Shown: piece by piece, positions 1 through 13,736 of the stretch | How positions within the stretch are numbered: position 1 is the first letter of the stretch | Layout of the letters: the number at the start of each line of letters is the position of its first letter | Assembly (NCBI RefSeq): GCF_963921235.1 | Contig: NC_086097.1 | Coordinates: 94,428,001 to 94,492,000, forward strand | DNA length: 64,000 nt | DNA from: Mobula hypostoma | Lineage: Eukaryota | Direction of reading: 5' to 3' | Made by a program: the position numbers and the translations under genes | The notes under the pieces: model-generated | What the model was told of the DNA's origin: nothing | Database searches by the model: none | The model's input: only the letters and a program-made list of their open reading frames with translations

Positions 1-654
1 GTCAGGATCACTGTATTGTTGACCAAGTGCTAACTCATTCAGGGTGCTGTTTGCAGAAAGATCATTCCTTGCACCATCCACTCTGTCATACTTTGTCCCA
101 CTCTGATATTTTATGCTCGTCACTGTATTTATCAAGACATTTAATTTTAATTTTTGTACTGTTTATTCTGGGAATATCAGGCAAACATCATTCTGGTGTT
201 TATGACATTAAATTAACCCGAATCTAGACTCCAGCACTTTCATACCATTCTTGTTGGGCTAACTCCTCTGTGTTTCCCGCTTTACATACCTTCCTTTAAA
301 AGCAGTTCCCATCACCCCTAACTTCAAATCTACGAAAATCATTCCATAATCTACAGCTAATTAGAAGATGACAACCAATGCATCCACCATTTCCATGGCA
401 ACCTCTGAGAACTCTGGGATGCAGGTCATCCAGCTCTCAGGATTTATTGGCTTTCAGTCCCATTAATTCCCCCAGCACTTTTCTATTTATGAAGACTAAT
501 TTCCTTTCTTTACACAAGACTCCTGATCCACTACACAGGACAATGTGCTTGAGATTAACTCACCCTCTCATAGTTCTGAGCAGAATAGATGTGAGGCCCC
601 ACACTGCAGTCCTCCCCACTGTCCCAGAGCCACCACTGCCATTTGAGCTCTGAA

Positions 655-1590
655 TCAGAATCACCTTTATTATGACTGAAATAGGCTGTGGAATTTTGTT
701 TAGCAGGAGCAGGTGAGTGTAACGCATGAAAATTACAAAGTTACAGAAATTATATATAAAAAAAGATCAAAAAAAGTGAGGAATGTTTGTGGGTTCAGAA
801 ATGATGGCGGAGGGGAAGCAGCTGTTCCTAAAACAGCGAGTGTGCATCGTCAGGCTTGTGTACCTGCTCCCCGATGGTAGTAATGAGGAGGGCTTATTCT
901 GACTGGCGAAGGTCTGTAACGATGGATGCCCCCTTCATGAGGCATCACCTTTCGAAGTTGAGAAAATGATTGAGTTGGCCAACCCGTGCAGCTTTTTGTC
1001 GATCCTGTGTACGGCAGTCTCTATACCAGATGGTGATACAGCAGTGAGAGTGTTCGCCACGAAACATCGGTAGATATTTACTAGTCTTTGGTGACACACA
1101 AAATCTCCCCAAGCTCCTGATGAAGTACAGCCAGTGGTGTGCCTTTGTGATGGCATCAATGTGGTGGGTCCAGGAAAGATCACGGGGCTGTCGACACCCA
1201 AGAACTTGAAACTGCTCACCCTTATCACTGCCGATCCCTTAATGAGCATTGGCGTTTGTTCTCCCTACTTCCCTTCCTGAAGTCCACAATCAATTCCCTG
1301 ATCTTACTGCTGAGTATAACGTTGTTATGACACTGCTCAACCGGCCGACCTACCTCACACCTGTACACTTCCTTGTCACCACCTGAGATTAGTCAATAAA
1401 CAGCAGCCTGCATAGGTATTGCTGTTGCTGTTGTCTAAGGCAGAGTGGAGAGCCAGTGCAATTGCATCTGCCATGGGCCTATTGTCACAGTATGCAGACT
1501 GCACTGGGTCCAGGGTCCTTGCCTGGGGAGGAGGTGATTCTACCCACGAGTTAATGAGCTGAGGGAAGAAGCAGGACCACGTGGCTAAGG
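655..1590 (-). mobile_element. Rex1/Babar-type LINE, degenerate RT and 3' end
   Basis: Minus-strand peptides VSSFKFLGV and DAIALALHSALD; multiple frameshifts. Confidence 0.75.
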
Positions 1591-3331
1591 AAGAGAAAAG
1601 TAAAGCTGGGAAGGAATCAGGCTGCTCACCAGTTTCCAGTGCCTGTGGGAGGTCTGGCGAGTAGTAAAGCTCCATTGACATGGGTTTGATCCCAACGTCT
1701 GGCACTGTCTGTGTGGAATTTTCATGTTCTCCCTGTTGGGCCTTTTTCCAGATTTCCTGCCTCGTCCCAAAAGTTATTATCTTAAGAATGTAAGTTACCC
1801 CTAGTGTGGGTACGTAGCAGGGGGTTAGGAATGAGAGACAGAACAGGTGGTGGAGGGGGTGGAATTCAGACTGATGGTAATACTGCATTAGCTGGCATAG
1901 ACTTGATGGGCCAAATGGCCTCCTTGACAAATATATACGTTACACTGTCTGGGCTTGTGTTCGCTTTAATCGAACACTGAACAATATAACACACTTTTAA
2001 CAACTTAACTACACCATTTCATCTTCAAGAGCAGGCAAATCTAAAGGCTGACCAGCATTTACAGGTAGACACGAAGGAAGTCTTTACTCTGACGTCAGTG
2101 TCCTGAACAAAGGAGCACACCCTTAAAATTAGGGGAGGGGTGTGGATGGGTTGGAACTTGCAGTGCTGATCTCTTCCCGGGAGAGGGGTAAGTGGGAATG
2201 TGGGACCACCCCGCCCCCCCCCCGAATGAACTGCAAGGCAGAGTAGAGTTGACAGCTACATCCCTTAATCTACACATCACGTTCTTTCAGTGCTGGAAAG
2301 AGGAAGGAGAATGCATACAGGAATTAGTATACAACAGTGGTAGACAAAACCCGATTAAACACGTGCGTTGGCTTGTGTTTTTAATCTGATGAATTACTAT
2401 TGGTTGCAGTGGTGGTGTTGGGAAATGCCCAGCCCCACGTGGTGACACAAAAGCTCAGCTTAGGTGCTGTCAGCGGTTGGCCAGCACACTGATTTTTAAC
2501 TGCTCAGGCTCCCACGTGGAAGTTGTGAGCCAGGGAAGCTGCACAGGAGGCGGCCACTATGGAGAGACAACAGGAAGGAAAGAGATATACAGAGGGCAGG
2601 GTTTCCACCCCCAAGGTTAACGGCCTGCCTGCCTAATAATATTTTGACATCCCAGGAATGCAAGTTACTCATCCCATGATAACAGAGGGCCAGAGGTCAA
2701 GGAATATGCTGAGATTCCACAGTGATTATGTAGTGCTCAGACCGTGCCCCTGGTTTTCTGGCAGCAAGGGCCCAGTTACGACTCTGCTCCATGTCGAATC
2801 GACCTAAGGAATCTGGGAAGAGGGGGAGAATGTGGCTGGGCCCGTCACTGTCCAAAGACTTGTCTGGTGGAAGATGTGTGAGTGAGGAATATGAAAGGAT
2901 CCTTGTCATGAGGCAAAGTTGTCCTGTGACGAGCCGGAGAGGAAACCGTCCTCTCCTTCGCATGCTGAATGACACCCACTCTGTCCCTTTGACCTTCCTC
3001 ACTGGTCGTGCCAATCAGTCCTCCATGAGAAGAGACTACAGCTCCTGTACAGGGGCGGGGGAGTCCCTGGAAATAATCCAGGAGCAACAGACTTCTGCCC
3101 CAGTCTTCATTTTATTGAAATGTCAATCAGGGAGTATGGGCACTGGTGGCATTGCAAGTCTTCGAGTCATACAACATGGAAGCTGGCCTTTGGACCAACT
3201 GGTCCATGCCAACTGTGATTCTCATCTCAGAGTGTCCCATTTGCCCATGCTTGGCCCATATCCCTCCAAACCTTTCTTATCCATGTACCAGTCTTACAGT
3301 CTTTTCAATGTTGTTGAGGCAGGCATCATAT

Positions 3332-3615
3332 AAATAAACATAGAAATTTACAGCACATTACAGGCCCTTTGGCTCACAGTGTTCTGCCGACCACATAACC
3401 TACTCTAGAGACTGCCTAGAATTTCCCTAGTGCATAGCCCTCTATTTTTCTAAGCTCCGTGCACCTATCTAAGAGGCTCTTAAAAGATCCTATCGTATCC
3501 GCCTCCACCACTGCCGTTGGCAGTGCATTCCACGCACCCACCACTCCCTGTGTGAAAAACTTACCCCTGACATCCCCCCCTTGTACCTACTTCCAAGACC
3601 CTTAAAACTATGCCC
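3332..3615 (-). mobile_element. CR1 LINE 3' end
   Basis: (catagaa)-type tail and CR1 3' coding remnant similar to 40668-41000. Confidence 0.75.
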
Positions 3616-3619
3616 AAAG

Positions 3620-4220
3620 AATACTTGCAAAGAAAGCACAACAGTGCCTTTACTTCCTCAGGAGTCTGCAGAGATTCGGCATGCCATCAAAAACCTTGGC
3701 AAACTTCTATAGATAAGTGGTGGAGTGTGTGATTACTGGCTGCATTATGGCCTGGTATGGGAACACCAATGCCTTTGAGTGGAAAATCCTGAAAAAGGTA
3801 GTGGATTTGGCCTGGTACATCACGGGTAAAACCCTCCCAACCATCGAGCACTTCTACATGAAACACTGCTGTAGAAAAGCAGTATCCATCATCAAAGGTC
3901 CTCACCACCCAGGCCATGCTCTTTTCTTGCTACTGTCATCAGGTAGAAGGTACAAGAGCCTCAGGACTCTCACCACCAGGTTCAAGAACAGTTACTACCC
4001 CTCAACCATCAGGGGATAGCTACACTCATTTAAAGACTTATTATTTTATGCTCGTTATTTATTGCTATTTATTTATAACTGCATTTCAGAGTTTGTTTAC
4101 AGTTTACATATCCTGTTTACAGTTAGTTCTATAGATTTGCTAAGTATGCCTGCAGAAAAAGAATCTCAGGGTTGTATGTGATGACATGTATGTACTCTGA
4201 TTAGAAATTTTACTTTGAGG
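3620..4220 (+). mobile_element. Rex1/Babar-type LINE 3' fragment
   Basis: ORF 3717..4019: GCIMAWYGN...HHPGHALFLLLSSGRRYKSLRTLTTRFKNSYYP, the typical Rex/Babar C-terminus. Confidence 0.8.
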
Positions 4221-4674
4221 TACATTAATCACTTCCTCTGGCAGCTCATTCCATGTACTGACCATCCTCTGGATGAAAAAGCTGCCTATTAGGTTCTAAT
4301 TAACTCTCACCCCTCTAACCTTAAACTGAAGCCGCTAGTTCTCAATTCTCCAACCCTGGGAAATAGAAATAGACTGTGTGAATTCACCCTATCTATGTCC
4401 TTCATAGTTTTACACACCTCTACAAAATCACTCATATTCGCTACACTCCAGTGAAAGAAGCCCCAACCTGCACAACTTCTCTCCAGAAGTCAGCCCCTCG
4501 TGTCCTGGTAACATCCTCTGAAACCTCTTCTTCACTCTTTCCAGCTTAACGGCAATCTCCTACAACAGGAAGAGCACAACTGAATACAATAAATGTGGAG
4601 ATGCAAGTGAACGTCACATCACAAGGCTCCTGTCTTGATCTTCAAGGCAGACAGCACAGGGGTGTGGTTAGAAG

Positions 4675-4938
4675 GAAGTCCGGCACAGATGGTCCAAGCC
4701 CGGCTGCAAAAGGAGGGTTGGGCACTGGGCTAGCAACCCCATCCCATAAAACCTAGCAACCCCATCCCATAAAATCTAGTGCTATAGAAATGCCAACAGA
4801 AGCTTCAAAGACCTCACCCTGGGAGAGGAAGAATCTTCGAGGAGTTACACCTTGAAAGACCAAGGACATGCCCAGGACAAACTCCTCTGGCGAGCTGCTG
4901 TTGGAGGCCTATGCCCCAGTAGTGACGGGCTTCAGTAG
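4675..4938 (+). mobile_element. Non-autonomous RTE-derived element with an internal 23-bp tandem duplication
   Basis: RTE 5'UTR-like motif GGGTTGGGCACTGGGCTAGCAACCCCATCCC joined to an RTE-like 3' end (GCCCAGGAC...GGCCTATGCCCC). CTAGCAACCCCATCCCATAAAA occurs twice at about 4730-4774. Confidence 0.55.
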
Positions 4939-4944
4939 CGGTTA

Positions 4945-5250
4945 GAAGAGCCAGGCTTCTCGGCTCCAGCGGACCGGGTTCAACCTTGGCCTCTGCTGCA
5001 ATCGGTGTGAATTATCCCTGTAACTACATTAGTCTCCCTCGGGAGCTCTGGTTCCCTCTCCCCCCCGCCCCCCCCATATTCCAGAGAAGTGCACGTTGGT
5101 AGGTTAATTGGCTGTTTTAAGTTGTGGTGGAATCTGGGAGAATTTGGGGGAATTGATGGCAATGTGAGAGAATTGGATCAGTGTAGGATTAGTGTGAATG
5201 GTCAGTACAGAGTTGATGGGCCGAATGATCTGTTTCCTTGCTGTTTGACA
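4945..5250 (+). mobile_element. tRNA-derived SINE (HE1-like), degenerate
   Basis: B-box-like GGTTCAACC, central GTAGGTTAATTGG motif, and CR1-like tail GATGGGCCGAATG. Many similar copies occur in the window. Confidence 0.6.
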
Positions 5251-5338
5251 CTAGTGGGTTCATTACATTGTGGGAGATTATTCTGTGTTTTTCAAGCATT
5301 GCAAAAATCACATCAAGGCTGCACCATGAGCCAAATCA

Positions 5339-5527
<189 letters not shown>

Positions 5528-5780
5528 TCACAGGCTGTTCAAACATTAAAATAACTAACAGCAGACACACCCAGACACTGCAAAAACATGCATTGCTGTT
5601 TGACAATCAGTAATGTTGAACATGATTCTCCGGTCATTGGGCATCAAGCACCAGATACTTGGAAAGGAAGCAGGCAAATGGCACAGTGTGCTCAGAGTCA
5701 CAGCTCCAGCAACAATGGTTTGATTCTGACCTCCGGTACTATCTGTGTGGAGTTTGCACATTCTCCCTGTAATTGTTCTG

Positions 5781-6420
5781 CTCTCATTTCATTTTTTAAC
5801 TCTTTTTATTGATACATAATCTCCTACAGCTTTAAAATGGTACAAGATTACAGCAAATTGATATACAATTAATAAAGCTGAAGAAAAAAAACTTGAAGGA
5901 AAAAAGAAATGAAGGAAAAAGAGAACCCCAACTACTAAAAGAAAAAAAACCAGTAACTGCAAGAGAAAGAAAAAGAAAAATGAAGAAAAAAAGAGAGAAA
6001 AAAACCATTAGGACCAACTCCCAGAGCAATAAGTCTTACAATTATATATATATATAAAAATGTGAATTGGCAGTTGATTTTTTTTCATAAATAAGAAAAA
6101 TCATTAACTGTCAATTCACATTTATATAAAATAAGATTGGAAGGAAACTATATAAATTAATTCAAATTAAATGAGCAACACACTTTATCAAAGTTGCTGG
6201 TGAATGCAGCAGGCCAGGCAGCATCTCTAGGAAGAGGTACAGTCGACGTTTCAGGCCGAGACCCTTTGTCAGGAAGGGTCTCGGCCTGAAACGTCGACTG
6301 TACCTCTTCCTAGAGATGCTGCCTGGCCTGCTGCATTCACCAGCAACTTTGATAAAGTGTGTTGCTTGAATTTCCAGCATCTACAGAATTCCTCTTGTTT
6401 GCGTTTTCAAATTAAATGAT
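5781..6420 (-). mobile_element. A-rich retroelement 3' fragment (possibly L1/Tx1 type) inserted in a SINE
   Basis: 9-bp direct repeat ATTGTTCTG at 5772-5780 and 6421-6429; minus-strand AATAAA followed by an A-rich end. The SINE halves continue on both sides. Confidence 0.5.
6175..6405. mobile_element. Palindromic PLE-derived element, perfect 93-bp inverted repeat
   Basis: Arms 6174-6266 and 6274-6366 are exact reverse complements. 14-bp TSD TTCAAATTAAATGA at 6161-6174 and 6406-6419. The sequence matches the PLE 3' end at 24974-25070. Confidence 0.9.
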
Positions 6421-7125
6421 ATTGTTCTGGTCCCCTACCACATCCCAAAGGCATGTGGGTTGGTAAGCTAATCGGCTACCCTGGTGTCTAGCTAGACTTT
6501 GGCATGGGGGAAGGGCGAGGAGATGGGGAGAATAAAATGGGTTCTGTGTAAATAAATGCATGATGGGGTCAGTGCAGATTTGATGGGCCAAAGGGCCTGT
6601 TTTTGGAAGATTTTATTCTTGCCTCGGGCATGGAGTCAGGCAGCACAAAGGAAAATAGTGTAATGTCACAGCTGGGAACAGGTTGTCTGAGCCTAACGCC
6701 GAAGAGATGGATGGAGTGCTGCCTACAATATGTGAGACACGAGTCACTGCGCACTTCTAATCCAAAAGAGAAGGTTGTAGAAACGAGCCCCACACCAGAC
6801 ATTTGTGCAGAAGATTTTATCTCTGCAGTTCCGAGGAAGTGCTTCAATGGCTCTGTGGTTCAAGGAAAAAAAAGATCCCTTGAGACCTTTCCAAGGATGG
6901 GGCAAAGTTTTCAGGTAGCAAGCAAGAGAATGAAATTGAAGCCCTTGTCTGAGACACCCTCCATCAGTATAGTGAGTAAACCAAGTCAGTCCAACTTGGT
7001 AGAATTATAAAAAGAAACATTTTTTTCTTTAAAAAGATTGACAAGGTCTTTCCTTTACTCCAAAAAACTGAAGGATTGATTACAATTTATGGAGTTTGTC
7101 TCGGAAAGAAAACTTGCTAAGACAC

Positions 7126-7275
7126 CTGCTTGTCCAACTGTTGTTCCAGCCTCTGAATCATGTCGTCCTTTTCCTGTAGTGTGTTGGTCACCTCATGGTA
7201 CCTCCTGAGTAAACCATTCTCTGATTCGCTGGTGTGGATACTGGCTGCTTTCAGCTTCTCCCTCAAAGCCTGTAC
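7126..7275 (-). CDS. PLEKHH1: PLEKHH-family coding exon 3 (VQALREKLKAASIHTSESENGLLRRYHEVTNTLQEKDDMIQRLEQQLDKQ), 150 nt
   Basis: Acceptor ctcaccag|, donor CAG|GTGTCT. Coiled-coil peptide within ORF 7117..7350, similar to the PLEKHH1/2 segment (KLKAANIQTSESE...QEKDDVIQ.LE.QL). Confidence 0.88.
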
Positions 7276-7629
7276 CTGGTGAGGTTCAAAAGAAAAGCAC
7301 ATTTTAGTGGAAGAATGCTGGCTTGCAGATGTCACAAGATACAACTTCATGTGAATGAAATGACCATGTCAGGTGAAACTATGGAAAACAAGGAAAGGAC
7401 AAAGCCTAAAGACAAATAGCTGTAGGGACTCAGTGAGACAGGCAGCATCTACAGAGGGAAATGGACTACTGCTGCTTTGCGTTGAGATCCTTCATCTGAA
7501 CCCTACTTTGGTTTAGACTTCTGGCAACTGAAACCTTACAATATAGAATTATTGAAGAGCGAAAGAATGCGAAGGGCTTGGAACTTTTTCCTCTTTTTTT
7601 TTTACCCCAAAGAAGAACATGGTAAACTG

Positions 7630-8730
7630 CTCACATCCACAATGATTAAGTATTTTGAATGGTTGGTGATGAAACACATGAGCTCCTGTCTGAGAAGCGA
7701 CTTGGATCCACTCCAATTTATTTACCGTCACAACAGATCCTCAGGAGATGCCATCTCACTGGCTCTTCACTCAACCCTGCAACATCTGGACAGCAAAGAT
7801 GCTCTTCATCAACTACAGCTTGGCATTCAACATAATCATCCCCTTAAAGCTGATCAATAAGCTTCAAGGCCTTGGCCTCAATACCTCAATTAGACACTCG
7901 ATTTGCTCACTTGCAGATCCCAGTCAGTTTGGATCAGCAACAACTCCTCCACGATCACCATCAGCACAGGTGCACCTCAAGGCTGTGTGCTTAGCCCCCT
8001 GCTCTACTCACTTTATGTGGAACACAGTACAGTTCCAATGCCGTCTTTAAGTTTGCTGGCGACACACTGTTATTGGTCGAATCAAAGGTGGTGATGAATC
8101 AGCATATAGGAGAGAGGTTGAAAATCTGGCTGAGTGGTGTCACAACAACAACAACTTCTCACTCAATGTCGGCAAGTCCAAGGAGCTGATTATTGACTTC
8201 AGAAGGACACCAGAGGCCTACGGGCCAGTCCTCGTCGGGGAGTCAGAGGTGGAAAGGGACAGCAGATTTAAATTCCTTGGTGTTATCATTTCAGAGGATC
8301 TGCCCTGGGTCCAGCACATAATTGAAGTTACAAAGAAAGCACAGCAATGCCTCTATATCCTTTTAAGTTCGCAGAGATTCGGCATAATGTCTAAAACTTT
8401 GTCAAACTTCTGGAGGTGTATCATGCAGAGTATATCGACCTGTTGCATCACATCCTGTTGTAGAAACACCAATGCCCTTGAATGGAAAATCCTACAAAAA
8501 GTAGTGGATACAGCCCAGTCCATCAATGGCTAAAGCCCTCCCCACCATTGAGCACATCAACATGAAACCCTGTTGCAGGAAACCATCAAGGAACCCCACC
8601 ACCCAGGACACACTCTCTTCTCACTACTGCCATCAGGAAGGTACAGGGACCTCAGGACCCACTCCACCAGGCTCAGAAACAATTAACCCCTCAGCCTTCA
8701 AGCTCTTGAACCAGAGGGAATAACTTCACT
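7630..8730 (+). mobile_element. Rex1/Babar-type LINE RT fragment
   Basis: [16 protein letters not shown] and FKFLGVIISEDLPW motifs, frameshifted. Confidence 0.85.
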
Positions 8731-10177
8731 CACCTCATCACCCCTCTCCATCCTCCAAAGATCCCATTTCACCACGTCACAAAAGGATTTCACTACAATA
8801 TCCTACCACCATTGCCCTGAGAGCAGATTATTTTATCAGTTTTGCTTTGTCATTGATGGGATGTCTTTGCACTTCTCTCATTGCACACTGGCTCAATGAC
8901 CCAGATTCTCCACGGTCAATAAAGGATTTTGTTTTAAAAGGGCAGCAGAGGTTGATACACGCACAGTAAGATCCCCAGTGAGAGTGAGCGCATCATGTCT
9001 AAGTGCGGTAGCTTGGTCTGTGCAGCAACTCCCTAAACCCCGCAGTTTCAGCAGGAGAACAGCCCAGCTTCTCTCCCACTGATTCAGCTCTGTGTCCCCT
9101 GGTAGTTCAGGCATCAGGTGACCACGAGGGCCTACAAGATGTTGCGACACTAGACTCCCAAAGGCTCTACTGGGTGCGGTCTCCATGGCATAACCAGAGG
9201 CCTGGTGCACCATTCTATTCACAACACAGAAATTAGATATTGTAGCTGACAGTCCACCTCATTGTTTTAAGCTTCACTACCTCTCAACCCCGTCAGTAAA
9301 CCTTTCCTCTACCTTCCCTTTCCACGGCTATCCATCTTCACGTAGAAGGACCAGTGATAATTTGTCAGATGCATCCTCTGTGGGAAAGGATTTCCTAATA
9401 TAGACAGATTCAGCAGGGACCATTGTATACTGATTCCCCTTTTGTTTTGGGTGAATCAATCAGCAACAGCACATTCTCCACCTTTACCCAATCACAACCC
9501 TTTGTCAAGTCAGCATTTTTATCCACATCTGCCAACTCTTCTGGTCAGTCTTCGGCCCAGGGAAGGGGAACTAAAAGTTAGAAGGCTTGGGGGAAAGATT
9601 TAAAAGGGGAAAGAATTAAGATGATGAGGCAGGTACAATCACCACATTAACAATATTTGGATGCATGAATAGGAGCCAGGCTCAAACAAAAGGGGCTGGC
9701 TTGATGGACACCATGGTCAGCATGGACTGGATGGACTGAAGGGCCTGTTGCCATGCAGTATTAATCTATGGCATTCCCTTCAAGGAGAGAGCTCCAGCCT
9801 GTTTTTCTTTCCCTGATGTTTACAAGGGTAAAGCATCAGAGCAAAGGCATAAATGACCACCCAAGTTTGTTTAAAGTCTGCCATTAACATCGGCTAAACA
9901 AAGCCCACACTGGCAGGTAACCTGCAGCCGTCTATTCTCCCAAGGTCACAGTCCAAAATACCCCGAAAACTCCACCCACCCCCCAACACACACACACACA
10001 CACAAAGAAAACAGACGATGGTAAATCTGTTTTGCAGACAATAATAGATCAAGGTAGGGGGGCCTCCCTGGTGTTGACACAATACCACCCTGTGGGGGCC
10101 GACTGCCAAAGACAGGTATTGACACTTAAGTCACACGAGTGTGGGAAAGCCACCTCCTTTACCATCCCCCGCCCTCT

Positions 10178-10204
10178 CACACACACACACACACACACAC
10201 ACAC
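10178..10204. repeat. (CA)n microsatellite
   Basis: Read directly. Other (CA)n tracts at about 9986-10003 and 13917-13940. Confidence 0.95.
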
Positions 10205-11209
10205 AGTCTCAATAATGGGCCAAGCTGCCCTTCTGACAACCCAGAGCGCAAACCCTCACAATTCTTTCTGTCATCCGTCCCCATGGATGATGAGGGGGTC
10301 ACAAAGCTTTGAAGTTCCACTGGATGTCTTGGGGCCTGCTTTAAGTTCCGACTCTGGCTCCAGGAGGTATCCGACAAATAACTGGCTGGGTGGGTGGTGG
10401 AATGGGGATATATAGTGTGGGAATGCAAGCAAGTAACCTGGATCAGAAGTATAGTCTTGCCTGCATTGAGGATTTTGACAGTGTAAACATGGAGCCTCTG
10501 TGGATTCTCACTGATCTGCCTCTCACTCCAGTGCCATCAGAATCCCAAATTCGGATCTGATTTCCTCGAGAAGGATTTGAATGAGGGACACCCGCACCGC
10601 TTGGAAGGTTTCAGCCAGCGGGTGGCCTGAAAATAGAACAAGCTGCCAGAGGATATGGCTGGTACACTGACAATAGTCAAAATTCAGATCTATTATCAGA
10701 ATATACCATTTACACACTTGAGATTTATCTTCTTGCAGGCACCCACAAAAAAAAACAGACTAACAAATATCGACTGTGCGAAAGAGGAGAAATCAAATAG
10801 TTGAAACAAGAAGGTGAGATGCAGATTCTCTGAAAGAGAGTCTACAGGCTGTGGAGTCAGCTGAGCAGTGGAGCGACTGAACTCAGTCCAGGATCCCAGT
10901 GGCTGTAAGGGCAACAACTGCTTCGAGCCTGGCGGCATGCGATCCAAGACTCCTGCACCTCTGGCCCGAAGGTACAGAGGGAAAAGTCACTGAACACCAG
11001 TTCATTTTCCACTCTCGGGACCTCAGTGTCTTAATCTGGCTCATCACTGTAATTGGCGACAGAGCAATAAACCCAAGCACCAGTTCATTTCCTGTCCTTG
11101 GCCCTCGCTGCAGTGTCCTCTCCCAGCAATGACCGTATGTATCTGCATTCTCGAGAGCCAACTTCACCGAATTCTTCAGGAGAAAGTAAATTTCTCAAAG
11201 GGAAATTAC

Positions 11210-11430
11210 AGACTGCAGATGCTGTGACTGTAGTTCACCAGTATACCTGGCTTCACCTATCATCTTCCAGCTAGCCTCATTCCCCTCCCCTCCCACCTTT
11301 TCATTCAGGCGTCTTCCCCCCCCCCCCCCCGCTTTCAGTCCTGAAGAACGGTCTCAGCCTGAATCATCGACTATACTGGTTTCCACAGATGCTGCCTGAC
11401 CTACCGAGTTCCTCCAGCAGTTTGTTTATT
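11210..11430 (+). mobile_element. Degenerate PLE 3' fragment
   Basis: CAGTCCTGAAGAACGGTCTCAGCCTGAATCATCGAC (decayed hammerhead) followed by AGATGCTGCCTGACC. Confidence 0.65.
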
Positions 11431-13736
11431 GCATGATGTATCTAGGAGCTTTGCGAGGTGCATCCAGGAGCTTTGTCAGTTACTCACAAGACATTGCCAC
11501 GTGACCAATGCCATTTTGGACACCTGATGACGTGTTACATGACACTTTTTAGAGAGTTAAAAGTCACGTGGAGAGCTCAGTAACGCTTGGACAGGTATGT
11601 GGATAGGAAAGGTTTGGAGGGATAAAGGCCAAACTTGGGTAAATGCAACAAACTTAGATGGGCATCTTGGTCACCATGGACAAGATGGGCCAAAGGGCCT
11701 TTTTCCATGCTGCACGACTCTAATTGCAGGGCAGAGGAGGAGAATAGCCAATCAGCACTCTTTCAGGGCTAACCCTGCTCCATTTGGACCAATGGCCTCC
11801 ATCCATCCGATCCAAGCAAACCGCCTCGAAATAAAGCATCCAGAACAAGGGGGGAAAGCATTCCTTTAGAAATGTTCTGCCTCATTTGCTTGTGTTGTTG
11901 TTAACCCCACTCCTGCATTCTCAGGGGTTTCAGGGGTTACCTACCTGGGACCCACGGACCCTCAGTTAATGGACCCTCAGTCCATTGGAGCTGGGAAGCC
12001 CTGATCAGGGTAACTCTGTATGGTGGAGATCGCAAAGTGAACGTGGGCCTCCCTTTGGGTTGCTAAACCTCTAGCAGTGAACCGGAGTCTCTATAGTTGA
12101 AAGTAAATCTCCAGGACACTACAAGCAAACTAGGAAAGAAGGAACACTACCAGAAGTTAAAAAAACATATATATCCTGAGTACTTGTTAGCTAGGAAATG
12201 AGAGGCACGAGAGGCCATTTGGTCGACAGCGAAGAACCGTTTAATTGGGAGCAGAAATGCTCAGTAGGTCAGGCAGCAGCTGTGGAAAGGGAATCAGAGT
12301 TAATGCTTCAGGTCTGGATCCATCAGAACTGGGTGAGAAAGAAACACAAGTTAGTTTTCAGTAGCAGAGGTGGTGGTGGGGCGGGGGGGGGGACATTAAT
12401 TAATTCTCTTTCCACAAACGTTGCCTAACCTGCTGAATAATTCCAACATCTCCCACTTCTATTCCAGATTTCTAGCATCATTTGATTTTTATTTAATTGG
12501 GGAATGCTCCCAATTCACCTGGGAAGAGGAGGAACACCAGGAAAACGTGGCGGTTGACTGAGCTAACAGCGGGAGAGTGAAGGCAGGTCATATAAAGAAG
12601 CCAGTGACATATACAATCACAGGGGGCATTCCTAGCTGGTGGTCCAAGGATCCCTGAAGGTGTCCGTGCCTGTGGATAGGAAGAAGGCATACGAGATGCC
12701 TGCGTTCATTAGCTGGGCCATAAAATACAATTGCAGGGAGGTCTTGGTTCAACTTTACAAAACATTGATTAGGTGACCACTGGAGTATCATACATCACAT
12801 TGTAGGAACAAGAAGACTGCACTGGAGAGGTTGCAGAGGAGATACACCGGGACGCTGCCAGGAATGGAATGTTTCAGTTACGAGAGACTGGATCGTCTGG
12901 GCTGGCTTTCTTTGGAGTAAGGAGGCTGAAGGAGCCTGAGAGGCATCCAATACCAGGAGAGGCATTGATAGGACAGACAGTAAGAAAGTGTTCCCCATAG
13001 CAGGTGTCCAAAAAAAAAGGACAAAGGTTTAAGGGACAAAAGATTTAGAGGTAAACCTGGTGAGATCCTTCCCCCCAGGTTGCAATCTAGAATGCACTGC
13101 CTGAGGAAAGAACTCTCAGAATTAAGCACAAATTCAAGCACTTGGTGCGTTGTCAACCAAGCCTTGGCAATTCAAGTGCTGGTATAAGATAGTCACAGGG
13201 ACTTGGTGAGGTGAAGGGCCCGTTTAAGTGGAGTACTCACCAGTAGACTTGGCCATGACAGCTGGCCAGATGCTCCCACTAGGGACCATCTACAAACAAC
13301 CTACCGACCTGCAAGTAGGATGTGGGAGGCAACAAGAGCATCCACGTGGTCAGAGCAAGAGCATGCCGACTCCACAAAATCAGCGTCAGAGGCCATGCCG
13401 AAACCGGGGTCACTGTAGCTCGCTGTGCTGATCTGGAGTTTCGTGCAATGAGAGCTGACTTTCATCAGCAGATCAGAGGGGAGGTGTTCTCCTGGACAGT
13501 CAGTTTATGATGGAGCGGGGTGAGAGGGGACAGCTCACAATTGTGTTCAGCAGCAACTCCTTTACACCAGGAGTTCCAAATTGACCCAGTGTTCCATTCA
13601 TTAATCACATTGACGAATGAGATGGATTTTCTGAGGCTCAAGAGAAAACACAGGGTATGGGCAAGAGGTGGAGATGTTCCAACACGTTCTTTCAGGATGT
13701 CCTCAAGGGCCCCTAAGTTTCATTTTCTTCTCAGTC

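Noticed and set aside
1629..1670. Possible next PLEKHH exon (…PQALET|GTGAGC)
   Set aside because: No acceptor at the expected distance, the upstream sequence is a SINE head, and the peptide match is poor.
2791..3333. 180-aa plus-strand ORF
   Set aside because: Runs into the antisense strand of a CR1 3' end; no family motif or splice support.
6603..7010. 135-aa plus-strand ORF
   Set aside because: No recognisable domain, begins in a SINE tail, and is antisense and intronic to the PLEKHH gene; probably a chance ORF.
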